IMG/VR virus record: IMGVR_UViG_3300020042_006720
Location: 1 to 39,311 of that record
Length of the DNA: 39,311 nt
Source: a virus
Lineage: Duplodnaviria; Caudoviricetes
Reading direction: 5' to 3' (one strand)
Shown: positions 8,472 to 17,615 of the stretch, piece by piece
How positions within the stretch are numbered: position 1 is the first letter of the stretch
How the letters are laid out: every line of letters begins with the position of its first letter
Program-made: the position numbers and the translations under genes
Notes under the pieces: generated by a model
What the model was told of the DNA's origin: nothing
What the model saw: only the letters and a program-made list of their open reading frames with translations
The model's database searches: none

Positions 8472-9245
8472 CTATAAAGTAGGGAGTTGCGAGTAAGTAA
8501 CTCCATTTCCGTTATTGTATAATTTACCCATTTCCGCAAAGCTAAGTTGCCTGTTGTAACTAGCTAATCCATCACAGGCGATAGCACCAGACGTTGATGG
8601 GTAAGTTGGTTTACCACAGTCAAGAAATAGACGACCTCCGATGTTGACGGCAAGGGATGTAACTGTCAGAGTGTTTACAAGGGCTAGACTTCCAGATACG
8701 TCTGAGTATATGTTAAGAATATCGGAAGGTGTATTCATTAACCACTCAAAAACAACAAAAGTGAACCCCGTAGTTTTGCTAAATGTGTTCGGGATACTCA
8801 CTGTCTTTAAGGTGGTGGAATCACGTGAAAATGCCTGCATGTTCCCAAAATGTATCCCATGACAGTTAGATACATCACTGTAGTAATCATAGGCTGCATT
8901 ATCGCTCCCCATTCTAAGGCAACTTGCAGAGGTGGTGCTGAACCAACCACAAACTGTAACTACATACGGGAGATTGTTGACTTGTTGATCATAAGTCCCA
9001 CCCGTCACATCGTGTAGTCTAACATGTTGATGTGCATTGGTTATGACTCCGACACTACTACTAATGTAACCACTTGGTTTTCCCCCAGTTGTGGGAATAG
9101 TTGTATCACCTGTTCCTGTTGACTGTTGTGTAACCCCCTTTGCTGAGATGGCACTACCTGCATCCCAATCCCACCAATCATCCAAACCATCTAGCAAAGT
9201 CAACCTCTCTACAGTCAACAAGCTTATCCCCGTACTACACGCCAT
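8472..9245 (-). CDS. LamG/concanavalin-A-like jellyroll protein, putative receptor-binding tip (257 aa)
   Basis: LLDGLDDWWDWD near N-terminus, TVCGWF, and YNRQLSFAEMGKLYNNGNG at C-terminus are LamG-like hallmarks; follows tail fibre. Confidence 0.7.
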   Translation of the reverse strand: MACSTGISLLTVERLTLLDGLDDWWDWDAGSAISAKGVTQQSTGTGDTTIPTTGGKPSGYISSSVGVITNAHQHVRLHDVTGGTYDQQVNNLPYVVTVCGWFSTTSASCLRMGSDNAAYDYYSDVSNCHGIHFGNMQAFSRDSTTLKTVSIPNTFSKTTGFTFVVFEWLMNTPSDILNIYSDVSGSLALVNTLTVTSLAVNIGGRLFLDCGKPTYPSTSGAIACDGLASYNRQLSFAEMGKLYNNGNGVTYSQLPTL

Positions 9246-9288
9246 ATTTATCTCCTAAAGAATAATCACTTCCTTGTAATTATTATAA

Positions 9289-11283
9289 TTATTTACTATC
9301 TTTGGAGGATAAATACCCTCTCCAAGCATTTGTACCTGCTTTAGTGAATACAATAATATCTGTACCACTCGCTGTAAGTGTGGGCGCAACACCCCCTGAC
9401 CATCTTGTACCACTAGGCCATGTCATTGTATATGCACCACCATTGGTAAGCTCAAGTGTAAGTGCCATTGCTTCTGTAGCACTAGGGGTTGGGAATGTCC
9501 AAGTAGTGCTACCATTTACGGTGGCTAATATATGAGTACCATTGGTGCCATTTACGGTAACTGCGCCATTGACTGTACCAAGTGATTGGAATAGTTGTGA
9601 TGGAGTAGCTTTAGTTACAACATTGGATACTAACGCAACATTACTGGATAGACGTGCATCTGCCATAGTTCCAGTAGATATATTAGAAGCATTTATCCCA
9701 GTAACAAAGTATCCATCGCCTACAAAACCCCCACCACCAGCATTTACAGTGTAACTTGTAATAGAGGTACTTGCCGCGAAGACACCATCACTTCTGAAAG
9801 TAAACTGACTGGTAGCTGCTGTTGTCGCACCGAAGTGTATGCCAATAGTATCTTGGCCTGATAAACCAGCCGTAGCTTGGAAATAACTCAGCCCGTAGCC
9901 ATCTGAATTTGCAAACCTCCAAATAGGGTTTCTGGCATTTATTACGAAAGTGCTACTAGAGAACCCTTGACTACCTGAAGCAAACACCCCACCTGTTGAA
10001 GTGAGGCTAGCTGCACTCAGAGCACCCACTCCGCTATCCCCAGCCTTATTAATTGGGGTGTAACCTAAAGAGGCTTGCTTCCCGTTCAGGGCAGTCTGTG
10101 TAGCGGTACTTACAGGTTTACTTAAGTCACTTGTATTATCCACACTCCCTAACCCAAGGTTAGAACGTGCTGTGGCTGCATCTGTAGCGCCTGTACCACC
10201 ATTGGCAATAGGTGCTGTACTCAGGGTGGCTAGAGAACCTAAGCCTGTAATGGTGCCTACTGGTTGCGTCCCTGTGTGGTTAGAACGTGCTAAAAGAGTA
10301 GCATCACTACTATTAACTGTAGCTCCAGTAGCTATGCCATTTAATTTAGTCTTATCTGCACCAGACATAAACCCTGATACAGAGGTAGTGGCATCACTGT
10401 GACTGTGTGAGCTTGCAGCCTTGCTATTTAATTGAGATTGGATACCAGAGCTAACCCCTACTAAAGTAGATACCTCAGCAGCGCTTACAGAGCCTATGGT
10501 AGTGGCGCTAGGAAGAGTGGTGGCTGTAGTGAATACAGGACTGTCTAAATTAGCTTTGAGGTTTAGTGCTGTTTGTTGTGCAGTGCTTACTGGTTTAGCT
10601 GTATCTGCTGTATTGTCAACATTAGGTAATCCGACATCTGCTTTAGCTAAAACAACATCACCAGTACGACTAGCTACACTTGTAACCAAGCCTGCACTAG
10701 CGCTTGTTAAGTACCCTTGTGCTTTAACAAATGCTGTGGTGGCTACTTTGGTGGAATCATCTACGGTACTTGGAGTGGGGGCACTCACTACACCAGTAAA
10801 AGTAGGAGAAGCTAAAGGAGCTTTGGTAATCAACGCTGCATCTAAGCCTGTTACGGTGCTAGTAGCTTGTGTTCCAGTATGTGTAGCCCTATCTCTAAGA
10901 GAAGCATCTGAACTATTTACAGTTGCTCCTGTAGCTATACCATCTAACTTAACTTTGTCTACTGCACTGACAGTAGCAATAAACACACTACCATTGAATT
11001 CGTACTTAGCACCAGATACCTTTTCAGTAACTACGAAACCTTTAGGTACAGGATATTTGTACCAAGCCCCATCTACTCTCGCATTTAATGTATTATCTGT
11101 GGTAAGGAAGTAGGCTGTACCATTAGACGGGGAGGCTGGTAACGTGCCTACAAACCCATCTACGTTCTTATTGAGCATATAAGAGAACTTTAAGAAGTTC
11201 TCATCTACCCCTTCCTTCCAACCACTTTCACCTTCATCCCAACCCCATTTACCACTGAGAAACGGTTCTATCCTAATTGTCAT
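9289..11283 (-). CDS. Tail fibre protein with DUF2793-like N-terminus (664 aa)
   Basis: N-terminal WGW..GESGWK.G.DENF...LPASPSNG; shaft motifs APLASPTFTG, VATTAFVK, VDNT.D..KPVSTA; C-terminal WPSGTRWSGGVAPTLT adaptor-type domain. Confidence 0.85.
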   Translation of the reverse strand: MTIRIEPFLSGKWGWDEGESGWKEGVDENFLKFSYMLNKNVDGFVGTLPASPSNGTAYFLTTDNTLNARVDGAWYKYPVPKGFVVTEKVSGAKYEFNGSVFIATVSAVDKVKLDGIATGATVNSSDASLRDRATHTGTQATSTVTGLDAALITKAPLASPTFTGVVSAPTPSTVDDSTKVATTAFVKAQGYLTSASAGLVTSVASRTGDVVLAKADVGLPNVDNTADTAKPVSTAQQTALNLKANLDSPVFTTATTLPSATTIGSVSAAEVSTLVGVSSGIQSQLNSKAASSHSHSDATTSVSGFMSGADKTKLNGIATGATVNSSDATLLARSNHTGTQPVGTITGLGSLATLSTAPIANGGTGATDAATARSNLGLGSVDNTSDLSKPVSTATQTALNGKQASLGYTPINKAGDSGVGALSAASLTSTGGVFASGSQGFSSSTFVINARNPIWRFANSDGYGLSYFQATAGLSGQDTIGIHFGATTAATSQFTFRSDGVFAASTSITSYTVNAGGGGFVGDGYFVTGINASNISTGTMADARLSSNVALVSNVVTKATPSQLFQSLGTVNGAVTVNGTNGTHILATVNGSTTWTFPTPSATEAMALTLELTNGGAYTMTWPSGTRWSGGVAPTLTASGTDIIVFTKAGTNAWRGYLSSKDSK
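10075..10960. repeat. Two pairs of intragenic repeats in the tail fibre shaft
   Basis: DK.KL.GIATGATVNSSDA.L..R..HTGTQ...T.TGL twice and GL..VDNT.D..KPVSTA.QTALN.K twice in the translation. Confidence 0.8.
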
Positions 11284-11286
11284 GTA

Positions 11287-12225
11287 TTAATACCCTATAA
11301 CTAAACAATTCAATGTAGTGGCAGTTGCAGTGCCGTTTTTAACACGGGCAGAGGTTAGTGGGGTATACTTAAAAATGCAAACCCCTGCATCACTATAAGA
11401 ATCGAAATCAGCTCCCAGAGTGGCTTGTAAAGAAAGTACCTCATTTGAAAACGGTATGGGGTACGTCCAAGTTGCTAGGCTGTCAGCCCCCACTGAAACT
11501 GCCCCCCATTGAATAGTCAGCCCACTCAACCATGTTGGAAACTTGAAGTATCCGTTAGCACCTAGGCTAACTGAGAAGCCAAGTTTTAATTTAGCTGGAG
11601 CTACAGCTTTATTAGTCACAGATCCAGCAGCTAGTTCAGCATCACTTGAGAATTGAGAGACCCCAACATAACTATCTGTGGCTAATTGTTTAATGTTATT
11701 AAAAGCCACAGCAGCATTAGTGACATCACTCAAATTAGAAGTTTTAGCTAAATATGCAGCATTAGTTTCAGTAGTAGAATACACACCTAAATTCGCACGA
11801 GCTGTTGCGGTATTGGTTAAATCACTCAGGTTATTAGTTCGTTGTGCAAATGTGGTGTGAGTTTCTGCCTTCGTGTAAACTTCTGTTTGAGAGTAGAATG
11901 CAGGTTCCCAGTTTATCTTATTAGTATCAGTTACAGGATCAACCCCACTGTGACTAAGTTTTGCCCGATAGACAACACCGTTACTTCCTTGGACATAACT
12001 CTTACTTGCCAAATAGTATGATTCAATATCCCATTGACAAATCCCACGTTGATTGATATGAGCAAGGGCTGAATCTTGTCTGTGTTCTAAGTAGTTGAAG
12101 TCTTCAAGGAAGGGGATCTCTACAACAAAACCTGTTGCTATCTTAGTATCATCTGGGGCAGGGGATCTGTCACCATTTGCTGCCCAAATGTTTTGTATCT
12201 TTGTGGGCTTAGTGTATTCTGTCAT
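11287..12225 (-). CDS. Proximal/short tail fibre protein (312 aa)
   Basis: IWAANG...KIATGF...P..EDFNYL N-terminus; NNLSDL repeats; C-terminal GYFKFP...GLTIQWG...YPIPF domain. Confidence 0.85.
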   Translation of the reverse strand: MTEYTKPTKIQNIWAANGDRSPAPDDTKIATGFVVEIPFLEDFNYLEHRQDSALAHINQRGICQWDIESYYLASKSYVQGSNGVVYRAKLSHSGVDPVTDTNKINWEPAFYSQTEVYTKAETHTTFAQRTNNLSDLTNTATARANLGVYSTTETNAAYLAKTSNLSDVTNAAVAFNNIKQLATDSYVGVSQFSSDAELAAGSVTNKAVAPAKLKLGFSVSLGANGYFKFPTWLSGLTIQWGAVSVGADSLATWTYPIPFSNEVLSLQATLGADFDSYSDAGVCIFKYTPLTSARVKNGTATATTLNCLVIGY

Positions 12226-12241
12226 TACTTGTTATCTCGTA

Positions 12242-12964
12242 TTATAGGCCGTATGTGGCACCGTATGCAAAGCCATAACCACCAACACCAAAGTCTGGGA
12301 TACCTGTGTATTTCAATGTCATCTTGACACCAGCGGTCTTAGGTAAGAGTCGTGTGGGGTACTTCTGCTTGTAAGATATGTGTTGTAGCAACCCTTTCTC
12401 TAGCTCGGTGAGAGGTTTATCAAAGTACACCTCAAACTCAGCATCACCTCTTTCGTCAACATAACAACGGTTAGTGTCAAATATTGAATTGACTACAGAG
12501 ATAAATTGTTCTGGTTTAGAGGTTGTGACGTTCTTGAATATCTTAGCTTTTATATATTTTCTGTAGTTAATATCATCAAGTATGAGGTTACTGCCACTGG
12601 CAGTTTGACCTGATCTAAATACACCACCAACCCCTGTACCTTTGTTACCAAAAGACTGAGCACCTGCTGCTCCTTGGAAGCCAAAGAACTCATAGACGCT
12701 CGCCTCAATTAGTTCACGTTCTTGACCAACAATACGCCCAATTACATCCAATTGGACACCTACTGCCGTATCAACATCCCGCAACTGAATTAAATCTTTT
12801 AGGGTATTTTGAATCTGTATTTGAGATTCTAAGAGTAGTTTAAGGTAGCGATTGAATACAGGCTTAATACCCTCTAATGCCTTACTGTCTTTAAATTGCT
12901 CGGTTACTCTTGTCTGAGCTTCACCAAGATAATCAACTACCTCAAAGGGAATTAAATCTGGCAT
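12242..12964 (-). CDS. Baseplate wedge protein, DUF2612-like (240 aa)
   Basis: DVDTAVGVQLDVIGRIVG, FFGF, LDD..YRKYIKAKIFKN, LLPKTAGV; follows baseplate J. Confidence 0.85.
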   Translation of the reverse strand: MPDLIPFEVVDYLGEAQTRVTEQFKDSKALEGIKPVFNRYLKLLLESQIQIQNTLKDLIQLRDVDTAVGVQLDVIGRIVGQERELIEASVYEFFGFQGAAGAQSFGNKGTGVGGVFRSGQTASGSNLILDDINYRKYIKAKIFKNVTTSKPEQFISVVNSIFDTNRCYVDERGDAEFEVYFDKPLTELEKGLLQHISYKQKYPTRLLPKTAGVKMTLKYTGIPDFGVGGYGFAYGATYGL

Positions 12965-12973
12965 CTTATCCCC

Positions 12974-14434
12974 TTATGAGGTAATGATTATGTTGTTTGT
13001 GTCAATGGTATGGATTTCATCAAAGTCTATTACTACGTTAGACGTTCCTACAGGAGATGCAGATAACCCTATGGTAAGGGAAGTAACACTGTGACCCACT
13101 ACGGAGTTGATAGGTGTGAATAATCGACTGTATGTGATGTCGTCACCGATACCGAAATTAGTTGTAAGGTAATCAACCAGAGCCGCTTTAATATCTTCCT
13201 CACCATTAGCAGGGAATGTTGCATCTGTGGCTAAGGTCATGCTGATATAAAGAGGTTTCAGCTCAGGAGCCTTAACTCCGATCAGGTGGGGAAGTCCTTG
13301 GCTGTCGTACACAGTTAAATACGTTGATGGAGTGAATGCTAGAATACCTAGAGGCTTATTCTCCCATATGATCTGGGCAAGAGTTTGAGGATCATACCCA
13401 CCAGCAGCAATCACCATAAAGCTGTGAGGAGGTAGGCCGTTTGCATCAGTTACAGCAGTGTCATTCTCATAGATGATGACTTCAGTAACACCCTCTGCAT
13501 TAATGATTGCTGAATAAAGGGCTTCTAGTGTGTTGGTAGCTTTTTCGTATTTAGTATTTGCAAATCTAACACGTAACTCGACATCACTTTCAACATCCCT
13601 GCCACCACTAGCAGCAGTAATATTAACAGCAGAATCCCACCCAAGAACAGGAGTAGCAATGTTTGTAATAGTTCCAATAGCCTGTTCAACAGCCCCTGTC
13701 TCCTGTGCTTGCAATGCAACAACCTTCTGATACTTGTCGATAGTTAAGTTAGCAGTTGGTGTAAAAGTTCCAAAGTCATACGCATTCTGTTTAATTATAT
13801 TCAATGATTGTGTGGGGGCTAGTTTGGTAACGGTTATAAGCGTATTATGGGGAGCAAGCAAAGATGCTGCAATCAACCCATTTGAGATCTCTGTCTCTGT
13901 TGCAGAACCATCACTTGTGTAACTAAGAACTTTAGTGCCACTAGGACTTGTGTAGGTAATGGAATAAACTGTGGAGTCAGCTACTGTGGTAATGTCCAAA
14001 TTAACACCGCTACAAGTTGTAGAGAGTGTAAGTGGACTTCTTGTTTGCCACAACAATCCTGTGCCTACACCACGAATGGTACTCAACATTGGGATTACTG
14101 TAGAAAGATCTCCTGTCATTAATGCTTGACAAGACGCTTTAGTTGCACGTAGTCTTTCTATGCCGCCAAGACTTACTAACTTATCTAATGCAATACCTGT
14201 GGCTGATTCTGGATCAAATGCAGCATACACTTCTGCCATAGCTTCCCATAAGTCTGCTGTAGCTGGTGCAGCCAAGCTAATCAATCTACCAATAGTAGTG
14301 TTAGCTGAAGTGTCAACATCTTCCCCTTCTGGGGTAATGTCCTTAAATAACTCAACAGCTAACTCACGTTGAGTAAGTAGGATGTCGTTGAGCCTTTGAA
14401 TTACTAAACCTTCTGGGGTGAGAGCTGTTGCCAA
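12974..14434 (-). CDS. Baseplate J-like protein (486 aa)
   Basis: FDPESATGIALD, GRDVESDVELRVR, ENDT..TDANGLPPHS, KPLGI motifs. Confidence 0.9.
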   Translation of the reverse strand: MATALTPEGLVIQRLNDILLTQRELAVELFKDITPEGEDVDTSANTTIGRLISLAAPATADLWEAMAEVYAAFDPESATGIALDKLVSLGGIERLRATKASCQALMTGDLSTVIPMLSTIRGVGTGLLWQTRSPLTLSTTCSGVNLDITTVADSTVYSITYTSPSGTKVLSYTSDGSATETEISNGLIAASLLAPHNTLITVTKLAPTQSLNIIKQNAYDFGTFTPTANLTIDKYQKVVALQAQETGAVEQAIGTITNIATPVLGWDSAVNITAASGGRDVESDVELRVRFANTKYEKATNTLEALYSAIINAEGVTEVIIYENDTAVTDANGLPPHSFMVIAAGGYDPQTLAQIIWENKPLGILAFTPSTYLTVYDSQGLPHLIGVKAPELKPLYISMTLATDATFPANGEEDIKAALVDYLTTNFGIGDDITYSRLFTPINSVVGHSVTSLTIGLSASPVGTSNVVIDFDEIHTIDTNNIIITS

Positions 14435-14439
14435 TTGTT

Positions 14440-14811
14440 TTACACTCCCTGAGATATATCAATATACTCAGTAATTTGATTATGTCTTGTTCTTACTTTA
14501 AAGCTCAATTGATAGGTTCTTGTTAGGGGGTCAATCATTGAGTTGAATTCAAATATCTCTTTAACGTAAGGCTCGCTCAGAATAGCTTCTTGATAAATAG
14601 CATCTACCGTTGCTTTACTTACACCTCTTTGAAAGATGGTTTGAAAGTACGGGATGCCAATTGTGTTATCTAAGAACCACTCTGATTTAAATGTTTGTAA
14701 CTTTATCTTTAGTTTTTGAGCTACGTTAATCTTTTCTTCCGCAGTGATTGGAGTGTCACCATTAATGTAGATAAGATCATGGGAGAACTCATCCAAGAGT
14801 AAGTCGGTCAT
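14440..14811 (-). CDS. Baseplate wedge/sheath initiator, gp25-like (123 aa)
   Basis: Q.LKI.LQTF.SEWFLDNTIGIPYFQ motif; lies between spike and baseplate J. Confidence 0.8.
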   Translation of the reverse strand: MTDLLLDEFSHDLIYINGDTPITAEEKINVAQKLKIKLQTFKSEWFLDNTIGIPYFQTIFQRGVSKATVDAIYQEAILSEPYVKEIFEFNSMIDPLTRTYQLSFKVRTRHNQITEYIDISQGV

Positions 14812-14820
14812 AGGTATCTC

Positions 14821-15507
14821 TTATGCGGGCGGTTGGGTTGTTCTTACAGTTATTGTGCCATCTTTATCATCGTACTGGTGTGTGTGGTTTTTTAATGAGA
14901 TTCCACCACCAATAACATCTACACTAGCTGTTACTGTACCAGTGACATTTAAGTCACCTTTGATATTCACATCTCCATCTATATCTACAGAGGTAGGTGT
15001 ATTAATAGCTATACCGCCATCTTTCTTTAGCCGTACTTCCACTTCATTAGCTGTACCAATGTTGTGAGCAATTACTGTGTCAGATGTGTTATGTGACCAT
15101 GTACGCTTCTTGGGGTTATTAATAGCTTTGGCGAAGTTACTCATACCTATGAAGGCTACAGCATCTCTCTTGTCAAAGCGCCTCAAGTCTAATGGATCTA
15201 CAATGCCTCCAGAAGCCTTGTAGGAGTCGATACACCTTTGGGCGAACACCAGTAGTACCTCATCCCCATTGCTCACCTCGAAGGTTATAGCACTTGTCTT
15301 GGTGGAGGGGAAGATAAGAGGTACAGAGAGGATTACAGGATGTTCTTCATATTCCCCATTAGGGGATATGAGGTTTACAGCAGGCTTTACATCTACACGT
15401 TGTTGGTTAATATCTCTAACGTTTACAATGATTGCAGGGATAGCTGTGTAGACTTCACTGATCTGGTGCTGGAAGGCTCGTATGAGTAAGTTAGCTAAAT
15501 CTGACAT
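14821..15507 (-). CDS. Baseplate central spike, Gp138-like (228 aa)
   Basis: VYTAIPAIIV, GDEVLLVFAQRCID, R.FD..DAV; C-terminal beta-helix and ISLKNHTH HxH apex motif. Confidence 0.9.
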   Translation of the reverse strand: MSDLANLLIRAFQHQISEVYTAIPAIIVNVRDINQQRVDVKPAVNLISPNGEYEEHPVILSVPLIFPSTKTSAITFEVSNGDEVLLVFAQRCIDSYKASGGIVDPLDLRRFDKRDAVAFIGMSNFAKAINNPKKRTWSHNTSDTVIAHNIGTANEVEVRLKKDGGIAINTPTSVDIDGDVNIKGDLNVTGTVTASVDVIGGGISLKNHTHQYDDKDGTITVRTTQPPA

Positions 15508-16439
15508 TACACACCTTCTTCTGCTGGGAATATATCTGCTTTAAGTTCTTCATCTGTGGCACTTGTACCATTCTCACATTGACACTCTGAATACCATGCT
15601 TGTGTCCTGTTACCACCTGAGTGAGAGACTTCAGCTAACTTAAATACACCGTTCACTGTGGGGCTTTCTATCTTGACGATACCACCAGCAACCAGTGAGG
15701 GATTAAGTAATACTTTGAAGTGAACACCACCTTTATTGGCAATAGACTTCTTAGCATGACCTACAGATACTCTCGTATCATAAGGTAGCTCAATTAAACC
15801 GCTTGCTTCTGAGATCAGAGGGGCTAACACATAGTTTTCATCAATAGTCCCGTTAGCGTCATGTACATACAGAACATCATTGTCTATGTTGAAGTCTAAG
15901 TAGTAAGTACGAGCTAGATTCTCAAGTGTGCCTCTTACTGTCCCACTCATTGAGTAGCCGTAGATGGCCTTCTTATTGATATTATTACCACTGTACACAC
16001 CTTTAACTAAGTCTGGTACATCTGCTACTAAGGATTCAATGATCGCTTTAACTGTGATACCTTCAGGTAATACCTTATTGACCGTTGTGTGATTAGTAGC
16101 GACATAAGCACTGCCAACCTCGATCTTAGTCACCTTATCTGCACCATTCTTAGTAGTAGATACAGAGATAGCTTCACCTTTAATTAGGGTGTAAACCCCA
16201 GTATCTCTGTAGCCAGCTTTAAGGATAACTACGGGGTAGTCACCTCTAAGCAGTGCTAATTTATCATCTGGCAGGTTGTAAACTTCTATCTCACCAGAAT
16301 TACTTTTTCTAAGTGAAGTGGAACTCTTAGTAACGTTAAAAGAGACAGTCATTGGTGGAGTGATTACAACAGCCTCTGTAGTCAGACCATCACCAATGGT
16401 TAATTCAAACCAACGGTTAATTTGTAAATCACTTGCCAT
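15507..16439 (-). CDS. Baseplate hub protein (310 aa)
   Basis: F.VTK......N...IEVYNL, LKAGY, SGLIELP, LLNPSL..GG.V motifs; synteny. Confidence 0.8.
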   Translation of the reverse strand: MASDLQINRWFELTIGDGLTTEAVVITPPMTVSFNVTKSSTSLRKSNSGEIEVYNLPDDKLALLRGDYPVVILKAGYRDTGVYTLIKGEAISVSTTKNGADKVTKIEVGSAYVATNHTTVNKVLPEGITVKAIIESLVADVPDLVKGVYSGNNINKKAIYGYSMSGTVRGTLENLARTYYLDFNIDNDVLYVHDANGTIDENYVLAPLISEASGLIELPYDTRVSVGHAKKSIANKGGVHFKVLLNPSLVAGGIVKIESPTVNGVFKLAEVSHSGGNRTQAWYSECQCENGTSATDEELKADIFPAEEGV

Positions 16440-16445
16440 GTATCA

Positions 16446-16775
16446 TCACTCGTTATATAAGTACACTAAGGTAAAATAATCTGCCAATCTTTCAGGCTCT
16501 GTTTCAAACTTACCCATGTTCCCCTCACTTTTCTGTAAGAGACAAAACATACCCCTTAATTCTGGGATAACACAATAGAAAGTCATTGGGTAGTCTGGGA
16601 CTAACCTCACACCTAATATGATTGGAAGATTGTCTCTTGTAGTTACATCCATATACCAAGAACGTGTTCTGGTTGAATATCTGATTGCTATGTTGTAAGA
16701 GGTCTTTTGAATAGTTGCAGTGTATGTGTAGTAGGGTAGGTTTTCTAAGTGTAAGGGGTTAATTCTTATTGTCAT
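16446..16775 (-). CDS. Small baseplate (plug-like) protein (109 aa)
   Basis: RYSTRTRSWYMD...ILGVRLV and F.LVY motifs; synteny. Confidence 0.7.
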   Translation of the reverse strand: MTIRINPLHLENLPYYTYTATIQKTSYNIAIRYSTRTRSWYMDVTTRDNLPIILGVRLVPDYPMTFYCVIPELRGMFCLLQKSEGNMGKFETEPERLADYFTLVYLYNE

Positions 16776-17602
16776 TAGAATTCATCCCCTTTTACGCCAT
16801 TAATCGTTTCTAGTGGTGCCTTTAAATACTCTGGCACTACAAGCTCACCGAGCAGTGAAGTCCTATTTGAATCTCTCTTAGGATTGTCTGGTGTGACAGA
16901 CTTCTTATCTTCTAAGGCTGCCTGTAATTTTTTATCAGTCACCCTTTGAGCGTCCAGTTTCTTTATATCAGACTTACTTATTCTTGTAGTTTGAAGATTT
17001 ACAATTGTGGGCTTCTCTAAAGTAATATCTACATAAAGAGCTTCTCCACTATTCTCATCTTCACTGAAAGATAAGGATGTCATTACCAGTTGGGGGATAA
17101 CCCCATCTTTATCTAACACTTTACCCTTGAATTCAAGGAGTGTCACAAAAGTAATACCATCTTTCTCAAAGAATACTTCCAATGCTCTTTTTATCTGACG
17201 TAAAGTAGACTTCCTAGCAACAGTATCCACCTTCACAGAAGTCTTAGCATCTACGAAGAATGAGCCTATTGCGTCAGGTAATAGACTAATCAGGGCGTTA
17301 CCATTATCTTTAATTCTAACAGGGGTAATATCTAATTGACTCACGTTATCTGGGTACATTCCATTCTCATCAGTCAAGAACACTTTAGCAATTGAAATAT
17401 CGGCACCACTGATAACACCTGTAAAGGAGTACACAGGATTTTCTCTTATAAAGTGATCTGATATTTTGCCTCCACTCCCAATTGCATGGGAAGTAAGGGA
17501 GCCTTTAAAAGACTGCCCGTACTTCGTCACTGCATCAAAGTAAATAATACCTTGGGGGGTTTCCACATCCTCATCATCACCAAATCGGATAGCTAAACTC
17601 AT
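16775..17602 (-). CDS. Dit-like distal tail/baseplate protein (275 aa)
   Basis: FDAV......LTSHAI..G..ISDH..ENP motif; directly after tape measure. Confidence 0.75.
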   Translation of the reverse strand: MSLAIRFGDDEDVETPQGIIYFDAVTKYGQSFKGSLTSHAIGSGGKISDHFIRENPVYSFTGVISGADISIAKVFLTDENGMYPDNVSQLDITPVRIKDNGNALISLLPDAIGSFFVDAKTSVKVDTVARKSTLRQIKRALEVFFEKDGITFVTLLEFKGKVLDKDGVIPQLVMTSLSFSEDENSGEALYVDITLEKPTIVNLQTTRISKSDIKKLDAQRVTDKKLQAALEDKKSVTPDNPKRDSNRTSLLGELVVPEYLKAPLETINGVKGDEF

Positions 17603-17615
17603 TTAATCTTATCCT

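Noticed and set aside
8472-11283. Diversity-generating retroelement target in the fibre/LamG genes
   Set aside because: No reverse transcriptase and no adenine-specific TR/VR repeat pair seen in this window
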